From Candidatus Woesearchaeota archaeon (GTDB taxonomy: Archaea; Nanobdellota; Nanobdellia; Woesearchaeales; ARS49): a DNA stretch of 64,000 nt. Below the pieces are notes generated by a model. The model did no database searches. It was given only the letters and a program-made list of their open reading frames with translations, and was not told where the DNA came from. Positions 46,976 through 56,020 of the stretch are shown here, one piece after another. Within the stretch, counting starts at the first letter, position 1. Every line of letters begins with the position of its first letter. A program made the position numbers and the translations under genes. The stretch spans positions 71,523 through 135,522 of the forward strand of contig JACRKG010000019.1 of the NCBI GenBank assembly GCA_016215315.1. The letters are read 5' to 3'.

Positions 46976-48208
46976 TTAAGGATTTTCCAAAACTCCTCCA
47001 ATTAATGATTGATAATTCTTCTCAAAACCAAATTTATCCTCAATTTTCTTTCTCGCGAATTCACACAAAGGCTTATCTTTTCCTTTCAGCCACAAATCGT
47101 GACATAAGTCTATTTTGTTTTTGACTTCTTCCAGATTTTCAGGATCTACAAGAAATCCATCTTTTCTATCAGTGATTACTTCAATAGGACTTCCATTATT
47201 TGATGTAATGCACATATTTTTTGCATACATAGCTTCTATAAGTGTTAATGGCCCAGCAAGATGTTTTGAGCCTAGAAAAACAAACATGTTTCCTGAACAA
47301 TAAAAAGAATTCATTAATTTATCTGGAATAAAACCCAATAAATGAACATTCTTGAATTTTTTTGCTTTATTCTTGAAATGATTAAAACGTTTGCCTGTGC
47401 CACCAATCAATAATTTGACTGAAATCTTTTTTTCGCAATTGATTTTTTTAATAATGCTAAACAGTTCATCCAATCCTTTTGTTTTTTCAATTCTACCTAG
47501 CGAAAGAATTATGAAATCAGAATCTTTGAGTTGAAGATTGAACTGTTTGTTTAATGCTTTTCTTGCTTCACTTCTCGAAACAAGTTGCGTTTTAGCAGCA
47601 TATACTTCAGTTATTTTTTTTACTGATTTATCAGGATAAATTTTTTTTGTTACATCAACTAAAACATTGCTCAGGGTAGTTATTTTTGTAACATATTTGT
47701 TAATCACTTTCTGATCAACTTTTCGCAATTTACTAATCAAATGGTAAATTAATTGAAGTTTTTTTGATCGTAGATCAGAGGGTAGTATTCCCTCATCATT
47801 CAATTCTTTATAATATAGAAGTCTATCTGGTTCAAAGCAGTGAAAAATAACTTTATTTTTTTTAAGCAAGGGATTAAATTTGATCGCTTCATATAAAATA
47901 AGTGTGGCGGGAAAATTAGATAAAAAAATAATATCATCTGGTTTGACATTGTCTGCGATCTTTTTCGAGAGGGTCAATAGCGTTTTTCTATAAAAAAAAG
48001 GAAAAACTTTCAAAGGTAAGAATTTTGAGATCCCTGGCAAAGTTTTCTTTGCAAAGAAAACATTTTTCAAACTATTTAGGTGGTAATCATCAAAAAGAGT
48101 ATACAACTCCGCAGAGCAATCTTTCTGCATTCTAACAAACCAATCAATAATACACTTCTCAGCACCGCCGTATACGTAGAAAAAAGGGTGTATTAGAACT
48201 ATTTTCAC
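46976..48208 (-). CDS. Glycosyltransferase family 4
   Basis: GGAEK, GRIEKTKG, PLTLIEAM, DGFLVDP. Confidence 0.88.
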   Translation of the reverse strand: MKIVLIHPFFYVYGGAEKCIIDWFVRMQKDCSAELYTLFDDYHLNSLKNVFFAKKTLPGISKFLPLKVFPFFYRKTLLTLSKKIADNVKPDDIIFLSNFPATLILYEAIKFNPLLKKNKVIFHCFEPDRLLYYKELNDEGILPSDLRSKKLQLIYHLISKLRKVDQKVINKYVTKITTLSNVLVDVTKKIYPDKSVKKITEVYAAKTQLVSRSEARKALNKQFNLQLKDSDFIILSLGRIEKTKGLDELFSIIKKINCEKKISVKLLIGGTGKRFNHFKNKAKKFKNVHLLGFIPDKLMNSFYCSGNMFVFLGSKHLAGPLTLIEAMYAKNMCITSNNGSPIEVITDRKDGFLVDPENLEEVKNKIDLCHDLWLKGKDKPLCEFARKKIEDKFGFEKNYQSLIGGVLENP

Positions 48209-48311
48209 TTTACCACCACAAGCCACTCTTAAAGAATGCTTTATAAAAATTATTCATGACAACTCCACACAAAATTTTCAATAGTTAAAAAATCTTTTTT
48301 GTTTTGTTCAC

Positions 48312-48343
48312 GATCGAAAATAAGCGAAGCTGATTTTCAAATC
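48312..48343. repeat. Short palindrome capped by AGCGAAGCT mini-hairpin
   Basis: GAAAAT-A-AGCGAAGCT-G-ATTTTC. Confidence 0.55.
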
Positions 48344-48380
48344 ATAATTTTTAAAAAAGAAAAAGAAACCTTCCTTTTGA

Positions 48381-49634
48381 ATGTATAACGAGATAAAAAG
48401 GTGTAGAGTATGCAAAAGCAAAGAATTAACTGATGTTCTTGATTTAGGAGAACAATTCTTAACAGGAGTATTTCCTAAAGACAAATATCAAAAAGATTTG
48501 CCTTCTTTTCCTTTAAAGCTTGTTAAGTGCTCTGAAGAAAATGAAGGATGCGGCCTTTTACAATTAAAAGGAGGCATTGAACTTTCTCAAATGTACGGAG
48601 ATAATTACGGTTACAGATCGGGATTGAACAAATCAATGGTGGATCATTTAGGCAAAAAAGTAGAAAAAATATTAAGCCAAGTAAATACTTCTGAAGGAGA
48701 TTTGATTATTGACGTCGGAAGTAATGATGGAACACTCCTAAGTTTTTATCCTAAAAATTTGAATTTGGTAGGAGTAGATCCTACAGGAAGCAAGTTTAGA
48801 AAATATTACCAACCACATATTCATTTAATCACCGAATTTTTTCCAACACCAAAATTACAAGAAAAATTTGGCAATAAAAAAGCTAAAGTAATAACTTCTA
48901 TTGCAATGTTTTATGACTTGGAAGAACCAGCTAATTTTGTAAAAGATATCCGTGATTCTTTAGCAGATGATGGAGTTTGGGTTTTTGAACAAAGTTATAT
49001 GCCTAAAATGCTAGAAGTTAATGCATATGACACCGTTTGTCATGAACATATTGAATATTACAGATTAAAACAGATAAAGTACATGGCTGATCAAGCAGGA
49101 TTAAAACTATTAGATGTTGAGTTTAATAATACTAACGGAGGAAGTTTTTCAGTAACAGCTGCAAAAAAAGAATCAAAATACAAAGAAAATAAAGACCTAA
49201 TAGATTCAATTCTTGAAGAAGAAAAAAGAAAAGAATTAAGCACATTAAAACCCTATCAAGAATTTGAAAAAAGAGTGAAAGATCAAAAAGAACAACTAAT
49301 AAATCTTCTTAATCAATTAAAGAATGAAGGAAAACAAATACATTGTTATGGCGCTTCAACTAAAGGAAATGTAGTTCTTCAATATTGCGGAATAACTCAA
49401 GATTTAGTTCCTTTTGTTGCAGAAGTTAATGAGGATAAATACGGAGCTTACACTCCCGGAACAAAAATTCCAATTATTTCAGAAAAAGAAGCCAGAGCAA
49501 AAAAACCAGATTATTTTTTAGTACTGCCTTGGCATTTCAAAGAGTTTATAGTGAAAAAAGAACAAGAATACTTGAATTCTGGCGGAAAATTAATTTTTCC
49601 ATTACCATACCCACACGTTGTAAGCAATTCATAA
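48381..49634 (+). CDS. NDP-sugar C-methyltransferase (TylC3/EryBIII/NovU-like)
   Basis: CRVC Zn site, DVGSNDG, HEHIEYY, NGGSF, YGASTKGN, LPWHF. Confidence 0.9.
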   Translation: MYNEIKRCRVCKSKELTDVLDLGEQFLTGVFPKDKYQKDLPSFPLKLVKCSEENEGCGLLQLKGGIELSQMYGDNYGYRSGLNKSMVDHLGKKVEKILSQVNTSEGDLIIDVGSNDGTLLSFYPKNLNLVGVDPTGSKFRKYYQPHIHLITEFFPTPKLQEKFGNKKAKVITSIAMFYDLEEPANFVKDIRDSLADDGVWVFEQSYMPKMLEVNAYDTVCHEHIEYYRLKQIKYMADQAGLKLLDVEFNNTNGGSFSVTAAKKESKYKENKDLIDSILEEEKRKELSTLKPYQEFEKRVKDQKEQLINLLNQLKNEGKQIHCYGASTKGNVVLQYCGITQDLVPFVAEVNEDKYGAYTPGTKIPIISEKEARAKKPDYFLVLPWHFKEFIVKKEQEYLNSGGKLIFPLPYPHVVSNS

Positions 49635-49636
49635 TT

Positions 49637-49684
49637 GGTTTACAGTTCATGGTCTACAGTTTACAGTACTGCAAACAGTAAACT
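49637..49684. repeat. Second heptamer palindrome, between convergent genes
   Basis: GGTTTAC AGTTCAT GGTCTAC AGTTTAC AGTACT GCAAACA GTAAACT. Confidence 0.8.
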
Positions 49685-49689
49685 AATTT

Positions 49690-50967
49690 TTAGATTTGTA
49701 TCCTATTAAACATTTCACTCAAAATTAGTCTTTTCGATTCTTTTAAGTCATCATTCTTGATTTTTATCGGATTGATCTTTCTGTTTATTTCTTCAAATAA
49801 CTTTTCTTGTCTTTGAAGGTCTTCAAAAGGATGATTGGGTTTTCTTTGGTGAAGAATGTTTATCTCAGTATAAACATAAAAAACAAGTGAAGGTTTTGGC
49901 AGTATTGAGAAATAAATATTTTTTAAGAACATCGGAACATTTTTCATGAGAAGCATATCACTCCCGTACCTGTCTGTTAAAACAATATCATTTCTTACTC
50001 GGGCAGGATAAATTACGAAAAGGTATCTTATTAAAAGATCTAGAAAAAAGAAAACAGAAGCAAAAGTATGAATGATTTTTAAAAAAGTGCTGCTCAGATT
50101 AAAATAACCCTCTAATTTTTTGTAAGGCTTACCTATTTTTTGTATTGGAAGAAGGTTCTTTTTTCCTCTGCCAGAATATATTAAATCTGCTTTAATTTTG
50201 TTTTCTTCAAGAACTTGTTTTATTTCTTTCGTAAGAGTTGTTTTTCCAGCACCATCCATGCCGATGAAAGACACAAGTGGTGCTCCTAGAATTAGAACTT
50301 TCATTTTCCAGAATGCACATAGCATTCTTGTTAAACAAAAAGAAAAAAAGCTCTTGAAAAAGAATGAGCGATTTATTTTGTTTCTTAGTAGGTCCAATTT
50401 TTCAAAATCTCTTGAGTAAAGTGCTCTTAAGATATCTTGTCCATTTTGGAAACCGAACTTTTTTTCAAGCGTTGAGCGAATATATTTCTTGTCAAAATCT
50501 TGATCAAGAATGCTTTCTACAGAGAGAAGATATTTTTCTTTTCCTTTTCCTTTGCTCAAATTAGAATGAAAAATTAAAGAAATGAGTAAATCTTCATTAG
50601 AAATCACCGGAAAACCTTTGAAAAGTCTTTTTTTCTTCAGCACTTCACTCGCCGAAAGATATGGCGAATAACGACCTGCAATACCTCCAATATGAAAATG
50701 AAATTTTAAAAGTTTAAAATCGGCAGAAATGAATTTGTAAAAGCCGAGATGAGCAGAATAGGGACATATTTTTTGAGGAAAAAACCCTTTTTGAATCATT
50801 AAATCTTTTATTTTCTCAGCATCGCCTAAATTTATTACTACATCAATATCTTTTCCGGGGTTTTTTCCCAGTAAAAAGTCATAGTTTCTTATTAAAGCAT
50901 AAGAAACATCATTAGCAGATAATACTTCGAGAACAGCTTTAGCTTCGTTAGATGAATTTTCAGACAT
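49690..50967 (-). CDS. Fusion of nucleotidyltransferase-like and thymidylate-kinase-like P-loop domains
   Basis: RNY...GKDIDVVI in the N-half; GMDGAGKTT and TDRY in the C-half. Confidence 0.78.
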   Translation of the reverse strand: MSENSSNEAKAVLEVLSANDVSYALIRNYDFLLGKNPGKDIDVVINLGDAEKIKDLMIQKGFFPQKICPYSAHLGFYKFISADFKLLKFHFHIGGIAGRYSPYLSASEVLKKKRLFKGFPVISNEDLLISLIFHSNLSKGKGKEKYLLSVESILDQDFDKKYIRSTLEKKFGFQNGQDILRALYSRDFEKLDLLRNKINRSFFFKSFFSFCLTRMLCAFWKMKVLILGAPLVSFIGMDGAGKTTLTKEIKQVLEENKIKADLIYSGRGKKNLLPIQKIGKPYKKLEGYFNLSSTFLKIIHTFASVFFFLDLLIRYLFVIYPARVRNDIVLTDRYGSDMLLMKNVPMFLKNIYFSILPKPSLVFYVYTEINILHQRKPNHPFEDLQRQEKLFEEINRKINPIKIKNDDLKESKRLILSEMFNRIQI

Positions 50968-50980
50968 TTTCTTTTCAACT

Positions 50981-51019
50981 AGTTTTTATAATCCGACCAA
51001 AGGGAGGATTATGAAAACT
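50981..51019. repeat. Dispersed hairpin repeat, copy 1
   Basis: AGTTTTTATAATCC-GACCAAAGGGA-GGATTATGAAAACT. Confidence 0.85.
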
Positions 51020-51058
51020 TCATAAGTCTTTTAAAAAGTTACACGTTTTTTAAAACTA

Positions 51059-52471
51059 GTGAAAAAAGACTCCGAAATAAGGAAAATAGTGGTTTTTGAT
51101 GCAAATGCCATGGCTTTTGCAAGAGCAAGATTTGCAGTAGCTAAAAAACTAGAAGAAGCAGGAATAGACAGCATATTTATTTCATATTCAAAAGAATGCA
51201 GCAAATACTTAACAGAAAAAGGAGCAAAGGTAATAGATATAATAAATTATTTTGATAAACTAAGCTTATCGGGTAATGCAGAGAAATTATTAGAAGAATA
51301 CGAGAAAAAATATGACATATTAAGCGCAAACTTATTAATATTGGGCGACTTAAATTATACTTGGCAAGGAAGAAAAACAGCTCTCGAAGGTTTAGCTAAA
51401 CATTTTATTTTTTGGGAAGATTTCTTGAGCAAAAACAAAGTTGACTTTATTGTTGGAGGAACAGAAAGATTCATTCATGAAGTTCCTAGAATAGTTTCAA
51501 AAAAATTTGGAGTACAATTTTATATTTGGAAATTTCCTCCAGTAAACAATCATTTTTTGTTAATAAAAGAACACAATGGCAGATGGGACAATTTAAATGA
51601 TTACTGGGAAAAGAACAAAGACAGACCACTAACAAAAGAAGAAGAAACAAAAGTGGCAGAATTCACAGATGGAATTAAAAATAGAAAAGAAAGATCATAC
51701 TTATTTAACAGAAATCCCGTAATTACTTTCAAAGAAATAAAATGGTTCTTAAAAAGAGCATACGCAAACATATTTGTAGATAAAATGAAGAATCCTTACG
51801 GAAAAAATTTTATGAAAATTGCAAAGATAAAAGCAGCAATGGCGTTCAGAAAAAAATTAGCCCCCTATCTTTATGATTTACCAAAATTTGAAGAAAAATA
51901 CCTTTTTTATCCATTACATATACCTTCTGATGCTCAAATTTTAGTTAAAGCACCACAATTCAGAGATCAGTTAGGCTTAATAGATAACTTATGCCATCAT
52001 TTACCTATAGGTTACAAAATTTATGTAAAAGAACACCCTAATGACACAGGTGGAACAAAACTGCGTTTGCTCAGAAAGATAAAAAATCTTCCGAATGTTA
52101 GACTTATCGATGCAAAAGTCAATAGTCATGATTTAATCAAAAACGCTCAAGCAATAATAACAGTTAATTCAAATGTTGGCTGGGAAGGATTACTTTATGA
52201 AAAACCAGTAATTGTTTTAGGGAGAGCATTTTATGATATTTCAGGTTTAACGCACAATTTGAGAGATTTTTACAAATTACCTGAAACTTTTCAAAAAGCT
52301 TTAAACCAAAAAGAGTTTGATAAAGAAAAATTACATCGCTTCGTAAATGCCGTGCTAAACTCTGTACTTCCGGGATATGAATTCCACGCTGAAGGATTTG
52401 TTGACAAGTTTTGTGAAGAAGAAAACTTGAACAAAATAGTTGAAGGATTCAAAAAAGTTCTAATACAATGA
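51059..52471 (+). CDS. KpsS-like (capsule synthesis/GT107-like) ulosonic-acid transferase candidate
   Basis: FYPLH..D, KEHP, TVNSNVGWEGL, GRAFY. Confidence 0.8.
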   Translation: MKKDSEIRKIVVFDANAMAFARARFAVAKKLEEAGIDSIFISYSKECSKYLTEKGAKVIDIINYFDKLSLSGNAEKLLEEYEKKYDILSANLLILGDLNYTWQGRKTALEGLAKHFIFWEDFLSKNKVDFIVGGTERFIHEVPRIVSKKFGVQFYIWKFPPVNNHFLLIKEHNGRWDNLNDYWEKNKDRPLTKEEETKVAEFTDGIKNRKERSYLFNRNPVITFKEIKWFLKRAYANIFVDKMKNPYGKNFMKIAKIKAAMAFRKKLAPYLYDLPKFEEKYLFYPLHIPSDAQILVKAPQFRDQLGLIDNLCHHLPIGYKIYVKEHPNDTGGTKLRLLRKIKNLPNVRLIDAKVNSHDLIKNAQAIITVNSNVGWEGLLYEKPVIVLGRAFYDISGLTHNLRDFYKLPETFQKALNQKEFDKEKLHRFVNAVLNSVLPGYEFHAEGFVDKFCEEENLNKIVEGFKKVLIQ

Positions 52472-53511
52472 ATAAAACCAAAGTAACTATTGTGAGTATT
52501 TTTCCAAAATATTCTGCTTTATGGAATTATGCTTTCTTTTTAAACAATGAATTATCTAAAAATAAAAATTTTGAAATTACTTTTTTAGATTTGTACAAGG
52601 ATTATCAAAATAAAATAGTGCGTGCTTTTGCATTGCTGAGGGGAATATCCGTCAAACAATCGGATGTGCTAATCTGCGTAGCTCCTTTATTATCAAATAC
52701 ATTAAAAAAATCTAAATCAAAACTTAAAATATTAATTGCGCATGATTTTTATCCAATAACAGTAGGTGAAGGAGTTTCACTTTTTGAAAAAGCAATAATT
52801 TCTCAAATTTACAATAATCTCGACTTGGCAGACATAATTCTTCCTGTTTCGGATTTTTGCAGAAGAGAAATAATTGAAAAGTACCAAATTCAAAAAGAAA
52901 TGCAAGTTCTGCCGGGAGGAATCGATCATTCAGTTTTTAAAAAATTAAAAATAACCAAGCAAGAACTCAGAGAAAAATATGATCTGCCAAAAGATAAAAA
53001 AATATTACTTCATGTTGGGAGAGATGATAAAAGAAAGAATTTCGGGTTTGTATTAAGACTGCTAAAAATATTGAAAGAGGAATTCTTTTTAGTCAAAGTT
53101 GGAAACTTATCGGGAGATGATAAGAAATTTATCGAGAATAGTTCGCTTAAGACAAGATTGACAATTTTAAAAAATTTAGATGAAAAAAAATTGTGCGAAA
53201 TTTACAACGCTTCCGATATCTTTTTGTTCCCTTCAACATACGAGGGCTTAGGATTACCTCCTATTGAGGCCATGGCTTGCGGATTGCCAGTGATTGCTGC
53301 AAATAATACTGGATTGAAAGAAGTTTGCACAAAAGAAAGCTTAACTGAGTTAAATGAAGAAATTTGGTTGGAAAAAATACATAAAATACTGAAAGATAGT
53401 AAAACAAAAAATGATATGATCCAAAAAGGTTGTCGAATCGCGAAGCGATTCGATTGGAAAAAGTATGCAAAAGAAATTGAAAAAATAATAAATTTTAATC
53501 AACTAAAATAG
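52468..53511 (+). CDS. Glycosyltransferase family 4
   Basis: RKN, FLFPSTYEGLGLPPIEAMACG. Confidence 0.92.
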   Translation: MNKTKVTIVSIFPKYSALWNYAFFLNNELSKNKNFEITFLDLYKDYQNKIVRAFALLRGISVKQSDVLICVAPLLSNTLKKSKSKLKILIAHDFYPITVGEGVSLFEKAIISQIYNNLDLADIILPVSDFCRREIIEKYQIQKEMQVLPGGIDHSVFKKLKITKQELREKYDLPKDKKILLHVGRDDKRKNFGFVLRLLKILKEEFFLVKVGNLSGDDKKFIENSSLKTRLTILKNLDEKKLCEIYNASDIFLFPSTYEGLGLPPIEAMACGLPVIAANNTGLKEVCTKESLTELNEEIWLEKIHKILKDSKTKNDMIQKGCRIAKRFDWKKYAKEIEKIINFNQLK

Positions 53512-54115
53512 TTACAACAGTTAATACTTTTTTATTTCTTACTAAATTCCAAATTGTTAAGAAAGGCATGTTTTTTCTTAAAAAGTATTGATAATCAAAA
53601 CTGTAAACTTTTTTACCGGTTAATCTTTTTAACAAATTTTCCCAGCTTTTTCCAGTTAGCAATCTTTCATTGCCTACTTCTTTTATTGAGTAATAATTAT
53701 TTGGAACACTAACTACTACTGCTTTTTTGGAAACACGCATTTGTTCTTTAAGCATTTTTTCAATGTCTGCATTGGAAAAATGCTCTATCAAACCTTGAGA
53801 AAATGTCACGTCAAAACTTTTGTCTGAATAAGGTAGTTTAAATGTGTCTGCTTTTTCAAATTTTACTTTGCCATTAAATTTTTCACTATTCTTTTTAGCA
53901 TTATCTAATACTTTCTGATCATTATCAATTGCAGTAGTTTGGTATCCTAAATGAGAAAGAAGAATGCTCATTACCCCCGTTCCAGTGCCTACTTCAAGTA
54001 TTCTTTTTGGGCTGTGTTTTATTATTTCTTCAAATAGTTCATAACTGTAATAATTTCCTAAAAAGTCTTTCAAACTTGCAGTATTTTTGTAAAAATCAGC
54101 CCATTTTTGTATCAT
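53495..54115 (-). CDS. Class I SAM-dependent methyltransferase
   Basis: ILEVGTGTG, LPYSDKSFD, QGLIEHF, VPN. Confidence 0.88.
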   Translation of the reverse strand: MIQKWADFYKNTASLKDFLGNYYSYELFEEIIKHSPKRILEVGTGTGVMSILLSHLGYQTTAIDNDQKVLDNAKKNSEKFNGKVKFEKADTFKLPYSDKSFDVTFSQGLIEHFSNADIEKMLKEQMRVSKKAVVVSVPNNYYSIKEVGNERLLTGKSWENLLKRLTGKKVYSFDYQYFLRKNMPFLTIWNLVRNKKVLTVVTILVD

Positions 54116-54190
54116 GATTTTTGCAAGCAAAAATCATCTTTTTATTATTTGTGAATTGCAGATTTAACCTCCCAAAACCATCTTCACCTA

Positions 54191-54237
54191 ATAAAATTTT
54201 TATAATCCGATCAAAGAGAGGATTATGAAAATTTTAT
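54191..54237. repeat. Dispersed hairpin repeat, copy 2, overlapping a stop codon
   Basis: ATAAAATTTTTATAATCC-GATCAAAGAGA-GGATTATGAAAATTTTAT. Confidence 0.85.
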
Positions 54238-55968
54238 CTTGTAAATTTTAGTAGTATTATCAAAATTAAAAACCTCTTCCAAATAATTATTTAAATCATC
54301 ATTCCAGGGTTGTTCTAAACTTTTGTAATTTGGGACGATCAACAGAAGGTCAAATTTTCTATAAGTATCACCTGCTAAAGCAGGATCAACCCAGGTATGT
54401 TGAGGTTGATATGATATGTTGAGTTTTGTAAGAAAATTTCTTTTTTCTTCGTTGTCAAATAAATTCAAAGGGTCAAAAGGAAGTATTTTGCCATTTTCTG
54501 ATCTATATTCAGTTGGCACCCAATCTTGATCCCATAGCAAATACTTAATCTGGTATTTTTCTATTAGATTTTTTCTTACATTAGTGTCATTTCCATACAA
54601 GATCGCTGCTGAAGCCAGAATTCTCTCATCCATATCAAGGTAAGGACTGTTTTGTGCTCTTCTTGTATTAAGTAATTTTCTTCCAGTTAATGCATTGAGA
54701 GCAAAACTTAGTTCGTTTGAACTAATAAAAACATCATTAACGTCAGTGTTTTCTAGAGCAAATTTTTGTAGTTGTAAAAATTTGTCCGGAAGTTTTTCAC
54801 GAGCTGAATCATACCATTTATCTGTATTTTTTCTTTCTTTAAATGCGTTAAAAGAGAAAAAAACTAGCAAACAAATTAAAATTATAGATACATGCTTTTG
54901 ATAATTTTTTGTTTTTTTTAACAAAAAATTCAAGCCAAAACCTGCCAATAGTATTGCATTAAAAAAGAAGAGAAAGTCATTAATTCTTATAGGATAAAGA
55001 TCCATTCCCAATATCGGTCTGGTAATTATATAGCTAAATAACAAAAAAAACGAGCTTATGTTAAAGATGTGCAAAAAGTTCAGGTTGTAATTTGCTTTTT
55101 TTGCCAAAAAAAGAAGTATTAATCCCAATAAAGATAAAATTGAAGGAAGAATCGAGAAAACATCCCAAGTAAAAAAATTAAAAAAATAACCTTTAATTGC
55201 ATCTTTTAAATAATTTATTTGTACTGAAAAGCTCGAAAAATCTTCATTATTCCAATCTAAGTAGTGTTCAGAAGATTTCATGTGGTGGACAAAAATTGGT
55301 TCAAACCAGTAAAGTTGCGCTATTAAAATTCCTACAAGAAATATAATGCCAACTTTTTTCAAGGAAGCAGAATCTGTTTTTTTAAAGTAAACAGTAAAAA
55401 TTACTAACATAATGCTAGCAATAATAAAACTTATTGGATGGGCAAGCCCTAAAAGACCATATGTTATCGCAAGCCAATACTTGTTTTTTTCAGATTCATA
55501 AAAATTATACAAGAGCAAGAAAAAGAGAGGCATTATAATAAATTGTGAAAAAATACTATACTTCATCACTAATAATCTTGAAACAGGAACAAATAACAAA
55601 ATCAAAATTATTGGAACATATTCATTATCAAAAAATCTTTTGAAGAAATAATACAATACAAGTATGGATAAAATTGTTGATAAAAGAGAGGAATACAACA
55701 CTGCGCTTATTGCTTTCATACCCGTAATTTTAGCAATGAACGCAGCATAAATTGCAAATAAAGGAGAGTATCCTGGTGAATTTTTGGGAATATTGTAGCC
55801 AGAAAACCAATTTCCTCCAGACAAAATGTGTTGCACTTGCCCTAATTGATGGTATGCATCCCCGCCATAAATCGGAGAAGGTAGCTGATTGAACTCATTG
55901 ATTAGCAAAGTTAAGTTAACTAAATAGAACAAGATTACTGCGAAAAATACGATTTTTGGTAATTTCAT
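54223..55968 (-). CDS. Polytopic GT-C-like membrane protein
   Basis: GGDAYH first loop, YSPLF, H in TM, soluble C-domain. Confidence 0.65.
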   Translation of the reverse strand: MKLPKIVFFAVILFYLVNLTLLINEFNQLPSPIYGGDAYHQLGQVQHILSGGNWFSGYNIPKNSPGYSPLFAIYAAFIAKITGMKAISAVLYSSLLSTILSILVLYYFFKRFFDNEYVPIILILLFVPVSRLLVMKYSIFSQFIIMPLFFLLLYNFYESEKNKYWLAITYGLLGLAHPISFIIASIMLVIFTVYFKKTDSASLKKVGIIFLVGILIAQLYWFEPIFVHHMKSSEHYLDWNNEDFSSFSVQINYLKDAIKGYFFNFFTWDVFSILPSILSLLGLILLFLAKKANYNLNFLHIFNISSFFLLFSYIITRPILGMDLYPIRINDFLFFFNAILLAGFGLNFLLKKTKNYQKHVSIILICLLVFFSFNAFKERKNTDKWYDSAREKLPDKFLQLQKFALENTDVNDVFISSNELSFALNALTGRKLLNTRRAQNSPYLDMDERILASAAILYGNDTNVRKNLIEKYQIKYLLWDQDWVPTEYRSENGKILPFDPLNLFDNEEKRNFLTKLNISYQPQHTWVDPALAGDTYRKFDLLLIVPNYKSLEQPWNDDLNNYLEEVFNFDNTTKIYKIKFS

Positions 55969-56020
55969 TTTTTATCACTCTTTGTTTTTATTCTTTAAAG
56001 ATCCTTTTTTAGCTTCTTTT

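Noticed and set aside
54140-54190. Tiny ORF MVLGG after AGGTGA, and a GU hairpin
   Set aside because: Too short and explainable by composition.
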